A stretch of 64,000 nucleotides of DNA from the NCBI RefSeq assembly GCF_006345805.1, contig NC_042999.1:99758001-99822000 (forward strand). The letters run 5' to 3'. Positions 51,872-64,000 of the stretch are shown in pieces. The DNA is from Octopus sinensis (lineage: Eukaryota). The translations under genes and the position numbers were made by a program. Each line of letters begins with the position of its first letter. The stretch's first letter is position 1. The notes beneath the pieces are model-generated. The model was not told the DNA's origin, made no database searches, and saw nothing but the letters and a program-made list of their open reading frames with translations.

Positions 51872-53375
51872 ATTTATATATATATATCCTACGTAAGTTG
51901 TTACCATAGTCGAGTCACATTATTACCTGGCAACAGAACATAAATCTAGCTAAGAATGTAGTGTGTATGTAGTCGCTCAACTTGCAAGAGATAGCAACAA
52001 TCACACTTACTTTACACTCTACTGTATTGAAAAGCAGATTGTATAATATTGGTTTGGGTATGCAATGACTGAAATAATGAGATGATCATGGCTTGAATAC
52101 TTTTGGTCATATGCTTTTCGCTCGGGGCTTACAAAAACAGCAGTTTTCAGTATATCAGGGTTTACAATAATAACATTAGATTATCAAAGCAACGACTTCG
52201 TGAATGAGTACCGAATAAAATATGAGCAGGTCATCTGCAACGTGGAGTTCGTGGCGATTTATTTGCGAATAGAACTGAAATCGAATGGAAAATAAATGTT
52301 ACGTATTTTGCGTCAAAGCAATCAACGTCTTTGAAAATTCTTGGAACGGAAAAATCTTTTCCTCCAAGTTTTTGGATTAAATTATATTATTACGTTTTCG
52401 CTACTTATGTAAGATATTATAAGTCTGGAATTTCTAATTCATTTAAAACATTTCTTTGCAGGGTGATTTGTTTATTAGTAGTCAATAAAGTTAAATATTC
52501 AATTTCTAAAGAGACAGTTAAATTCATCAATGATTGATTAACCCTGTTGATTTATATGAATAAATATCAGGTTCAAATCTTTTTGAAGTCACATCCTGTC
52601 TAGAAGTACAACCTATGGCATTAAGCAACGTGGCTTTTTTAGATTTATAGCGTTTCCACCTTAGTTCCGATTTACAGTCAGGGAAATGGATTACTAACTG
52701 TGAATTGAACGAAAGAGGCAGTGTGGTGAACATGTGTGAGATCTTTAAAAACAAGTGTTTTATTTCTCTGGCCTTGGTAATGTCAATTGCTTCAAGTACG
52801 ACTTGAAGAAGACGGTAAGAGTTAGAGAGGCCGGGTACAACCCTCTAGTGAGTTAAAATAAATTTTTTTAGAGAGGGACAAGACTGCTGAATCTGAATGG
52901 GCTTACTACGCGTATGCTCTTCTAACTAGGAGGTGGAAAAGCTGCAAGAGGGTGCTTGTAAAACATTGGACGTGGCAGAACAACCAGGGATTTTTATGAC
53001 TTACCTGAATTACTTTATGGAGTTTCTACATTTTCCCTTTGTTTTGTTATATTATTTGTTTTTGTTGACTTCTTTTAATTCAATACAAGCCTCACATCTC
53101 TATGTTTATATTCCATACATGTTGCGTGGCTTTAGTGTCTTATGTCATCCTGGTCAGTAAAAGAAATCCTTTTCATTTTTACTATCGCTATTACTGCTGT
53201 TCTTAGCAAATTTGAAAAATGTCATGCACTAATTAGTCCAGTCCATACAATATGAGTTGAAATTTTGCCAGTGTCATTTTTGCCACTCACCCTTCCGACT
53301 TCGAAAAAACATAAAGCATCGAGCAAAGGACTGACATAGTTGACTGTTCCGTTTCGTAAATAGTGAGATCCTGTT

Positions 53376-53388
53376 TTTACTACTACTA

Positions 53389-53472
<84 letters not shown>

Positions 53473-53520
53473 TTATTATTATTATTATTATTATTGTTAT
53501 TATTGTTATTATTATTATTA
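53376..53520. repeat. Compound (TAC)n(TGC)n(TAC)n(TAT)n microsatellite; tail of the adjacent Dong copy
   Basis: Directly visible. Confidence 0.95.
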
Positions 53521-53796
53521 TGTGAAAACTCAAAGCTTGTTTTGATGGAAAGTGTTAGCTGCCCACAGCCAGCAGGCCAAGGTGACACTTATAAACTGAC
53601 TATTCTTCAAGAACCCTGCGAAGAATTCTTGCAGTTCCGAGGAATGCTGATTTTTGTAGTTTTTCTATCTCCACACTTGAACCGATCTTTTTCAGCCATT
53701 TTGCTAGCTGAGTGCTGATACTTCCTAGTGCACCAATTACTATTGGTATCTCGTCTACTCTCTTCATTGACCACTACCTTCGTATTTCCCACTTCA

Positions 53797-53797
<1 letters not shown>
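53521..53797 (-). mobile_element. R4/Dong LINE 3' end (277 bp, 5'-truncated) in a (TAA)n array
   Basis: Minus frame LKWEIRR*WSMKRVDEIPIVIGALGSISTQLAKWLKKIGSSVEIEKLQKSAFLGTARILRRVLEE*, then 3' UTR and TAA tail; (TTA)n also at 53797-53858. Confidence 0.9.
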
Positions 53798-53856
<59 letters not shown>

Positions 53857-54159
53857 TTAAAGTAGTGAATTAAATGACTGGAGGCATGAAGATACATTTT
53901 GAGAAAAAGTATAAAATTGTTTTGTGATCATGGGACAAGAGTAAATTCTCACGCAACAAACACTGTCAGCTGCCACGTAATAGATATTAAAACTTCAAAA
54001 CTATGAATTAACTAAAATCTAAAACACTTCAAAATAACAAAGCTGTTAGTTTTTAATCAATAATTTTGATTGTATTAAAATTTTTTCAACGAGCTGAAAA
54101 CATTTTTCATTACCCAATCTTTTTGGCGTATGATAATGATTATTACTATTATCATTTTG

Positions 54160-54290
54160 TCCGAAATCATTAGAACGCAGGGGTAGAATGCTTAGTTGCA
54201 TTTCCACAGACTCTACGTTCTGTGTTCAAATTCCACCGGTTGAGTTTGCCCTTCGTCCTTTCATGGTCGATGAAATAAGTACCACGCACT
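54160..54290 (+). mobile_element. SINE family A, partial
   Basis: CTACGTTCTGTGTTCAAATTCCACCGG...TTTGCCCTTCGTCCTTTCATGGTCGATGAAATAAGTACC. Confidence 0.75.
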
Positions 54291-54652
54291 CACATAGAAA
54301 TACACTCTCGCATATAGCGAAAGAGAGAAATACAGAGACAGAGTGAGTGAGTGAGTGAGTGAGTGAGTGAGAGTGGGAGATAGTGAGAGAGAAGGTGATG
54401 CAAAAACCACGGAAGTTTGTTTCAATTTTTTTTTATTCTTTTGGGGTCGAGAAAGAATTACTTAACCAAAAGAGAAACGGACAAATTGGATGCCTTGCGT
54501 TTTGCATTTGAATCCAGTTCAGAGCCTAATTGAGTGCTAAGAGTTCAAGAGCCACCGATCAGCATACGCATGGGAATGTTGGGTGCTCTTTATCAGGATT
54601 CCTTAAGTTGAAAGGATTCAGCTCTTGTCTCAGGTTTGAAGACACTTTCATA

Positions 54653-54702
<50 letters not shown>

Positions 54703-54744
54703 TGTGTGTGCGTGTGTGTGTATGCAAAGGTAAGACTGTGTAGT

Positions 54745-55045
54745 AAGAAGCTTGAAATTATTTGAGAAATATCTCTGGCTTACCATTCCTGCAAAAAGTG
54801 CAAAAGATTGTTTTAACTGGTATGTCACACGTATTGGAAAAAACATTGTCACTGTGAGAACGATTGCAACTCTTGTAAAATATTTTTAATACATAATTTC
54901 ATTTGCTTTTGTAAATGAAAAATCTGGTGTGTTTATAATAATGGCGTATCAATGCATCAAGTTCATTTCTTTGCCCTAGGTGTCGGGGAGGCATTCAGCA
55001 AGACATGGAAATCAAATCGTATAAAAAAAGGTTATCAGTAATAAT
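54745..55045 (+). mobile_element. R4/Dong LINE extreme 3' fragment
   Basis: LRNISGLPFLQKVQKIVLTGMSHVLEKTLSL* and 3' UTR CCCTAGGTGTCGGGGAGGCATTCAGCAAG, similar to the 3' UTR of the 41930 copy. Confidence 0.75.
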
Positions 55046-55594
55046 ATTTCCAATCGTAACATATAATTGCCAACCAAGTGGGGTGTCCTATACGGGACAG
55101 TGCTTCTGACGTTTATAGCCCCAGGAAGACATGTCTTCGAGCTCGCTATCGACGCACATTCTATATTGAATGAGAGAGAAAGAGCAAGAGAGAGAATCAT
55201 GAATACTTGTATCTGTTTTTTCTCATTACATGGAGATAATGTGAGGATAGCCAGTTAGAATGAGAATATGCATGTGTCTGCGCGCGTGAGTGTCTGCGTA
55301 AGTGAGAGTTTGTTACTGTTTGAGGGGGACAAAGTGAGAGAGAAAAGGCGCGCATGAAACTGCGTGAGAATGTATCATGAGTGAATTACTGAGTGTTACA
55401 TGGAAAGGAAGAGATAATATAATTCTGATATAGAGAAACAGCTAAAGATATAACTAATCCGCTAGTGATCTGCAACGTAAAGATCATTATATTTAGCTAT
55501 TTGCATAGTCAAAATAATGAAATATTTGCGTGCGAATAGAATAAGAAGCAAATGTTCACACTCATACACACATCAGACATACATACAGACAAAT

Positions 55595-55650
<56 letters not shown>

Positions 55651-55763
55651 TTTATTTGTATAATATTCGCAAAAAAGAGACTTTATAATAACATAAGGCT
55701 GAGAAATAAAAAGGCGTTAATAAATTTTATTACAATTAACAGGGGCTAAAAGATCGGGTGTGT

Positions 55764-55805
55764 AGAATGATAATAGCAAACTGAAGAATGATAATAGCAA
55801 ACTGA
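55764..55805 (+). repeat. Perfect 21-bp tandem duplication AGAATGATAATAGCAAACTGA x2
   Basis: Directly visible. Confidence 0.95.
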
Positions 55806-56015
55806 AGGGAAATATGAAAATGAGTCACACATTTTCTTTAAAACCATAGAAATGGTTCATTTTTTTCTTTTAAACTACATACAAACAAATATAAGGGTAC
55901 TTAATACACAGTGATCACGAGTTATTTTTGATGATATAATATGATCGTAGAAGTTACCTTTGAAACAAAAATTAAAATATTATAATAATGTATATATAAT
56001 CCTTACATTATTCAG

Positions 56016-56169
56016 TATAGAAAATGACATTATTGACAACTCAATTGAATTCGCTGTTCACTACACAATGTTTAATGATGACGACAGTTACTACGAATTC
56101 ATAGTTAAAATTATCAAAGAAAGAAAATTATATTCCGTATTTCAAAGCGAAAAATATTTTTTCTCTTGA
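56016..56169 (+). CDS. Candidate terminal exon (IENDIIDNSIEFAVHYTMFNDDDSYYEFIVKIIKERKLYSVFQSEKYFFS*)
   Basis: ccttacattattcag| acceptor; 50-codon open frame with acidic/aromatic composition unusual for AT-rich noise; no homology recognised. Confidence 0.2.
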
Positions 56170-57244
56170 ATTATATTGTAAGTTGAAAGATAACATCAGT
56201 TAAAGAGTAGACCTATTGTCTTGAGGCCCGCAAGGCAAGTTTTTAAATACAAACCTGTGTGTCTAGTATCAGTCTGAAGTGCTGAAAAATTTAACAAGAC
56301 GTAAAAAGCATAAAGAAATATTCTATTTAAGAAATATTTGAGATGCTAAGTAGCTCGTGCAGTTTGTTATAATAATACAAAATTTGATTGTAGAGTACGG
56401 TGACCATCTTTCCTTATTAAATGAAATTAAAACATGAAAAGAATAGAAAGTAGAGAGGCTGCAGAAGCAGACATGTGAACAATTTAAGCAGAGATTATTA
56501 TAAGATATTTCATAAAATTCTCATCATATTTGCTTTTGTATAAGACAATAATTTTATTTAGTTTATATTTATGTAATATTTTCATTACAAATGGAAAATA
56601 GTATTAAAAAAATTGTTGATTATATGGCACATTTGAATCTTGACTGATATTTTTAAATTTGTGAAATTTCTAATTTCTTATCGAAAATTGCTGATGTCTA
56701 TGTTTATAAAAGATTCAAATCTCTTTTGGTACTCTGAGTCCAAGAATCTTTCCGGTAATCTGTTGTATATTTTCATTCTGAAATCTAATTAATTTTATTC
56801 CAAACTGAGTAGTTTCAGGCTTCGTAAGTATATTCTATATTTCCTTTCTTTAGAAATGCAATATATGCCGTTACACATATAATTTATTTCTTCAGAGGCT
56901 ACCACAGTGTCGTTATTAATTAATTACTAAAAATCATTATGCGTCCATTTTCAGGTATGTATGAATACACTGAAGAATATCCCATGTTCTCAATATTGTT
57001 AGGATTAGCTGCGAGGAGAAACTTAAAATAATTTAAGCTGTTTGATATATATATATATATATATGCATGTCAATGTATGTGTATATGCATGCTCTTATGT
57101 GTATGCTTGTGCATATACAGATATTTGCGTAAGATATTTGAGGACAGATATATGTTCATAAAAAACACAGATATACAATAACACATAATAATTTTAGCAA
57201 ATAATGCAATGAGGATAAAAATAAACCTTCTTTTCTATACTGTT

Positions 57245-58255
57245 ATTCACTAAAGCCACCTTCAGCTTCAACAACTACTTCTATATGAGATCTAAATCAT
57301 CTACATGCTCGAATTAAGGGGTCCTGGTTAATTTTGGACATTTCTCTAACTATGGTAGCTCACAAAGAAACTTTGGTGTAATGGGCGTATTCATTGACCT
57401 CTCTCGCCACAACGCTCCATATGTAATAGTCCAATGGATTGAGATCTGGGGAATTAGGAAACCAAATCTTAAGGGTTATATGATCATGAAAATTTTCAGT
57501 AATCCATTCCTGATTTACTACAGCCATGTGTGATAGTGCAGTCTTACTGAAACATATATGGCCTTTCATTGCATACAGTGTCTATCCAGGGCTTAGCAGT
57601 TGCTTCCAGGACCTCAATGTAGGTGGCAGAGTTAACTCTAAGGCTTTCTGGAAAGAAGTAAGGAGCCATCACATGTCCTTCATAGCTGACAATGCCTAAA
57701 ACCATGACAGTTGCACGAAATTTTTTATGCATAACAGTTGAACTTCAGAAGGGTTTGCACATAACCATCTGTCATTTTATCTGTTAACTTTTTGATCTTG
57801 GTCGATGTTTTTCTCGTATGAGAAAAAAACAAATCAAATCTTCTTCTGGATTTTTCAGTTTAAGAACCTTTTAGATCTGATGTAATGATTTTCTTTTGAA
57901 TTTTTTGACAAACTGACCTTTCTTCATCATATAAGACTTATATCTGTTTTCTTCATGGTCAGAATTTCTGACTGTTCCTTCTGACACATAGAGATCTTTT
58001 GCAATTGACTTCATGGATTTTCTTGGATTGTAATCAATGGTCGGTTGAACTTGTTGGATGAATTCAAGTGTTCTGATGATTTCAGAGTGTCTAGAATGCT
58101 TTTTTATGCTGTGATACTGGTAACAAATTTCCATATTGAGGTCTTTAACTCCTTACGAACTTTGTAGACAGAAGATCTTGCAACTTCTTGAATTCGAGAT
58201 ATTTCTAAATCGCTATTCTCAGCCTTTATAACAACAATAACAGCATAACTCTGCA
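57245..58255 (-). mobile_element. maT-type (DD37D) Tc1/mariner superfamily transposon, decayed
   Basis: Peptides TVMVLGIVSYEGHVMAPYFFPESLRVNSATYIEVLE...PWI..., MFQ*D then (frameshift) ALSH...WFPNSPDLNPLDYYIW; restoring QQDSAPSH gives 37 residues between the last two catalytic Asp. TIRs not identified. Confidence 0.8.
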
Positions 58256-58570
58256 TTTATTGAGTAAGCTGAGAGTCGGTCATTATTATTTTCTGAAACA
58301 AAGATTATAAAGAGTGAGCAAAAAATGCAACTTCATACGTAAGAATACATACATAAAATAAAACATACAGATCTGCACATATACATACATGCATACATAC
58401 ATACTTGCATGCATGCATACATACATACATTGAAAAATACCCTGTTGATGCTGAAATTCGAATGAAACCTGGTCTTTCTCTATTGGTAAAAATCTTGAAA
58501 TAAAACTGAATAATGACATACATATATACATATGCAGATTTCAACTGCCCGTTCATATGCGTGTCTGAGC

Positions 58571-58949
<379 letters not shown>

Positions 58950-58950
58950 C

Positions 58951-58990
<40 letters not shown>

Positions 58991-59367
58991 ATATATGTAT
59001 ATATAACCAAGACATTGAAATCTGTTATCCAACCATATTAAATGCTGGTGATTGCTTACAAAATCTTAATGACGGTATTCATTGAAACAATTCTAATATC
59101 GCTATTGTGTTTCACCATGATACACACTTGGTGAACCACGCAGTGAAACCTGTTGAACACAATTGCAATGACGAATGTTTTTATATAATGGGGACAAATT
59201 TCTTCCGCTAGCACATTTTCAGTAAAAGCTTAGTGCTTCTGCTACACAGAGCAGCTTGAGTCAATTTGAAAGGGTAGATTCTATAGTTAAATTTTCTTCT
59301 CGTATATGTATTTCATTTCGTGTTCTTAATGCTGGATAAAATGTTGGATGTACGTATATATGTATAT

Positions 59368-59399
<32 letters not shown>

Positions 59400-59505
59400 C
59401 ACGCACACGCACACACACATACACACATGCACACATTTACATATATATATACATATATATATATGTATATATATGTATATATATGTATATATATACGCAT
59501 ATATA

Positions 59506-59563
<58 letters not shown>

Positions 59564-60095
59564 ATACTTGCATATATGTGTGATTTGGGTTTTATATATA
59601 CATATATATGTTTGTATGTGTATACGTGCCGCGAACTTGTTTACGTATTATCTTCTTTATGAGGTTATTAATGATTCGGCATAAGTCTTGTTCATGGAAA
59701 TAATTTTCTATTAAATTCACTTATAATGAAAATATCGTTTCATTTTTTAAATACGATTAATAGAGAGGCCTACATGTATAGTATCGAATATATACTATAA
59801 GATTTCATACGTGTTATAGAGCTAGTGGGGAAAATATTGGATAAACTTAAATGACCCATGCAAATAGACAAATCTTCACTGGAAGAATACTTTAAATCTA
59901 AAAACAAAAGTCAAAGAAAAACGACGCTAATTAGATTAATGAATCGAAAATCGAAATTTTGGGACAATATAGACACTGCAGATTAGATTTTATTGTGATC
60001 TGTAATGCTACCTCGTCGCAATAATAGCCATGATTCAGTCTCACTTGAACTTGTCAGAGAAACATCTACTCAATAGAGAAGACCAAGGATGAATA

Positions 60096-60138
<43 letters not shown>

Positions 60139-62179
60139 TTTGTATGTGTGTTTGTGTATGTGTGTGTTTGTGTTTATGCATGTGTTCGTATGTATATATG
60201 TATGTACATAACGAACACGCATGTATATGTATCCAAAGAAAGAGAGAATTATCAGTATTCTCATTATAGTGATTTATGGTTAACAATAGATCAAACGTAG
60301 TGTCTGTATGTTTGACCAACCACAATCTTTCTACGCGGGAAGAAAATAAAATTCTTTATTGATGACATTGAGTAAAACCATGTCATATATTTTAACCCCT
60401 CCGAATTTGAATACTACATTCTACATTCTATTGTAGAATACTACATTCTACATTGTGTATATTACCCAAGAGCATGGGCAAGTTATTCTGGTTAGTTATT
60501 TTCCTTACAAATTACATACTAATTTTAATACTTGCTGAGGCTGATGCTTTTACCTACTACCTCCCTGAATAATCTCAGTTGATCGAATATTTTCAATTGA
60601 CTATATTACATATGTTTACCTCTACCTTTGATTTTTACTTTGTGGCACCTCAACTCGAATTAATAATCATTGACCTTATCGTTAATACGAATTTGCCATA
60701 ATTCAGTGTGCACACATACTTGACAGTTTCTTTCATTTAAAGTTACGCAAATGTTGAAATCACTTTCTTTGGACATTTCTAAAGTATTCTGAAATTCGGT
60801 TTTATAGAATATTTAGTTTTAATCCAATCTAGACTTCTATAATCTCGCTTAAGCTATTTCTCTTCATTCAAAATGATTTTGTCGCTATGAGAAATATCTT
60901 CCATCTCTGAAATCAACAAAATCATCTTGTGATCTCCCTCTAATTTGGAATATTAATCTTACGCTTTGCAGCATATTCTGTACATTACTTTTGGTCCGGA
61001 TAATTTCTGACGTCAGAATATTTTCCATGAATCTGCTAGCATTGTTTGGCAACGGTGTTTATACATCTTCGTATTTCATCCCTCATCATAATTTATGAAG
61101 AGTCATTCGGATGTTTATGTAGTTTTACATGTAAAATCATCTTATGTTGACTGACAACCTTAGTTTCAAATTCTGGCATTTTTGTTGTAATGTATATTTA
61201 ACACTACATACCTCATTGACGTCTACACAAAACAAATTTTTGCTCGTATTCAAGGGGATTTATTCTTGCCAAAATATTAAGCAGTCTTTGTTTAATATTC
61301 GTTGATATTATGTCAGATTAATTTACAAACCAAAATATTTGACAGTTGCATAAAGAATAAATCTATCTTTCGCACAAATGGAATTTTAAACGTTTTAAGT
61401 AAGTTACTCATATAGTCGTCTCATTATATTATTGTTCAGTATTGAATAAAGTGGCAGAATCTACATTTGATTATATGTGTTACTGACCGATGGTGTTTAT
61501 AATATAAGCGTCTGTTTATTTATCAGAAGCGATGAGTTAAATACAATCTCAGCAGGTGTTTTCAGCTTTGTAAAGACTATTCATTTGTCCGGCAGAATTT
61601 CTTTCGTAAATCAATTATTGGCACCAACTTTATGTGCTTAGATAAGCAACCTATGAGTCATTTCATTTTCGTATATATACAAGTGTATGTATACGCACAT
61701 ACGCGTACGTAATACATGTATATGTATGTGTGTGTGTTCTTGTGTGTGTATACATACATACATACATACATACATACATACATACATACATACATACATA
61801 CATACATACATACATACATACACACATACATCTATATAAATATTTAAAGTTCATAGATCCAAGTGAAAATATTTTAATATTCATTACTTGTCAATTTAAA
61901 TAAACTAACTTGTTATTGATTTTTTACCAAATTATTTTTGTTAGTATTACCGTTCAGCTTTATGTCTGGTTAATGTAGGTTAATGAATAGGTATGCCTAC
62001 ATATAGAATTAACTACCTATGAATTTGACTTATGGCATATCTGTCTTTATTTCTCATTTATCGTTAATTATATATATGTATGCGTGTGTTTATACACACG
62101 CCCACACATGCACACACACACGCGTACACATATATATCTTGGAATAGTGAATCCTGAAGGACACACAAAGATATTCTTT

Positions 62180-62395
62180 TATTCTTTTACTTGGTTCACT
62201 CATTTGACTGCGGCCATAATGACGCACCGCCTTGAAGGTTTTTATTTTCTTCAAACAAGTCGATCCCAGGACATATTTCTAAAACCTAGTACTTATTGTA
62301 TCGCTCTCTTTTGCCGAACCGCTTAGCTACGGGGACATAAACACTCCAACACTGGTTGTCGAGCAGTGATGGGTGACAAACACAAACATAGACAC
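62180..62395 (-). mobile_element. SINE family B, 3' part
   Basis: CATTTGACTGCGGCCAT, CTCTTTTGCCGAACCGCTTAG, GGGGACATAAACACTCCAAC. Confidence 0.8.
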
Positions 62396-62599
62396 ACATA
62401 TATATATCAACACCCATTTATTACATTCAGTAGTATAATTGCCATGCAATAAAAAAAAACACTTGTGTATTAATAATTGGGTATTCTACCAGCAGTATAG
62501 CAGTATATTGGATAGATATTAACCCTTAGTTGGTTGGATTCACAACCTCTAACTCTCTTTGAATTATATATATATATATATATATATATTTATCAGAAG

Positions 62600-62960
62600 C
62601 GGTGAGTGAAATACAAAAGGGTTTTCAATACAATATTTACAATAAAAAAACAATAGTGTCCTCTACAATAGCCTCAGACCGACGAAAGCCTTGAGAGACA
62701 AACAGTAAAAGAAACCCATAGTGTGTGTGTGCGTGTGTGTGTGTGTATCTTTCTGTCTGTCCTGTCCTCTACCACAGATGACAACCGGTGTTGCTTTCTT
62801 TACGTCGCCGTTACTTAACAGTTCGACAAAAGGGCTCTATGGAATAGGTAGCAGGTTTAAGAGTTAAAAAGTACCGGAATCGATTCGTTCGACTAAAACT
62901 CCAACAATGTGGTGCTCCAGCATAGCCGCAGTCTAAGGCTGAAACAAGTATAAGAGAAAA
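62600..62960 (+). mobile_element. SINE family B, degenerate
   Basis: GACAACCGGTGTTG, CGATTCGTTCGACTAAAA, GGTGCTCCAGCATAGCCGCAGTC, GAAACAAGTATAAGAG. Confidence 0.75.
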
Positions 62961-62975
62961 GATAAGAGATAAAAA

Positions 62976-63069
<94 letters not shown>

Positions 63070-64000
63070 ATAAAAATAAAAGACGCTTGCATACCTACAT
63101 ATACAAATCAATGCAACCATATGTATATGTGTGCCTTTGTGTATGAGTGTGTGTGTATGTGTTTGTGTGTGCACATGTTTGTGTATACATCGCCACTCTC
63201 GCACACATATATGAAATATGCATATGTAATTTTTTTCAAGCGTATATAAACATGTATATGTTCGTGTTTATTAGTGCTTGAGTGTGTGTGTTTGCGTATG
63301 TGTGTGTGTATTTGAGTATTTACTTATAACTATTCCAGTATTTGCTGCGTTTTCTATCTGCCATATGTTTTCATTTAACAATTGCTGAATAAAATATAAA
63401 TTTGATTTTTCTATTGTTTACTCGGTACACAAAAATATAACATAAAATTCTTAAAATTAGAACTCCAATATGGAATATCTCCCCTCGAAAAGCCAAAACT
63501 GAAAGAAAATTTTAAAGAGAAAGTAAAAAATGGCTTTCTAACTTAAATTTTTAATAATGGATATCAGGTAATTCGAACAAGGTAAACTCTTTGAACTCAG
63601 AGCAGCTGCTTTTCGCTAACAGCACAACTTTCATCAAAACGTATTGGATCAGCACATCCAACAACTTTTATTTTTATTTTATTTTATTTTAAGGTCGGAT
63701 CCGAATTGAGACTTTCAAAGATTTCCATTACTGAATTTAATGAAACAATAAATTAATTTTTGCGTTAATTGCTGTTGGAAACGTTCAGTTACTTAATGCC
63801 ACGCCTCTAATCTCTTTCAGTGGAAATAACCGTTCTGGGGTGTTGTAATGATTAATTTTACCGCCTTTAGTTTAATTAGGAGTAAAGCATCGTTTTAATT
63901 ACTTACATAACTTAATGATCAGTCATGATATGAATACATCTTCCGAAGTTACCTCCTTATCTTTTATTATTTTTCTTCAAGCAACTTTCCCAATGCAATC

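Noticed and set aside
47969-54790. Minus-strand Dong stops at CCTGGCTTACCA and the plus-strand Dong at 54745 starts near the same motif, suggesting a 6.8-kb inversion splitting one element
   Set aside because: The about 45-bp overlap between the two is clearly diverged rather than identical, so they are more likely independent copies.
55125-55146. Adjacent palindromes GAAGACATGTCTTC and CGAGCTCG including a p53-type half-site (AGACATGTCT)
   Set aside because: Only one half-site; short palindromes are expected by chance in 64 kb.
61214-61224. Possible 11-nt minus-strand microexon ACGTCAATGAG (DVNE, EGF-like start)
   Set aside because: Too short to support; no adjoining EGF cysteine pattern found.
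61518-62616. 29-bp near-repeat ATTTATCAGAAGCG(A/G)TGAGT(T/G)AAATACAA at 61518 and 62588
   Set aside because: Too short; may be decayed repeat heads; no TIR/TSD logic.

Overview
Eukaryotic, very AT-rich, repeat-saturated genomic DNA. The SINE families, microsatellite load and transposon mix point to an octopod cephalopod (Octopus-like); this is inferred from remembered repeat families, not from a search. Almost all ORFs in the supplied track are microsatellite artefacts. Recognisable coding sequence is decayed transposon: one Penelope-like retroelement (RT plus GIY-YIG, about 7.4-9.3 kb, minus), five fragments of R4/Dong-clade non-LTR elements (the three clearest sit in (TAA)n arrays), a 1.25-kb mariner with TIRs and TA target duplication (26.5-27.7 kb), and a DD37D maT-type transposon (57.2-58.3 kb). 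There are also about 30 tRNA-derived SINE copies in three families, a probable Helentron-associated HINE and a tRNA-Lys(CTT) pseudogene. No host gene can be named; a few splice-bounded candidate exons are reported at low confidence. The most interesting signals are: (i) Penelope-type minimal hammerhead-ribozyme motifs, including one inside a 190-bp inverted-repeat foldback; (ii) a 72-nt pre-miRNA-like hairpin at 6559-6630; (iii) several independent template-switch or fold-back scars (a perfect 27-bp hairpin inside a SINE, unique flanks copied in inverted orientation across (TA)n arrays, a tandem duplication with a templated insert beside the mariner); (iv) a repeated tail-to-tail arrangement of SINE, (TAT)n and Dong LINE, suggesting SINE tails seed LINE target sites. 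Repeat boundaries are approximate unless stated as exact.
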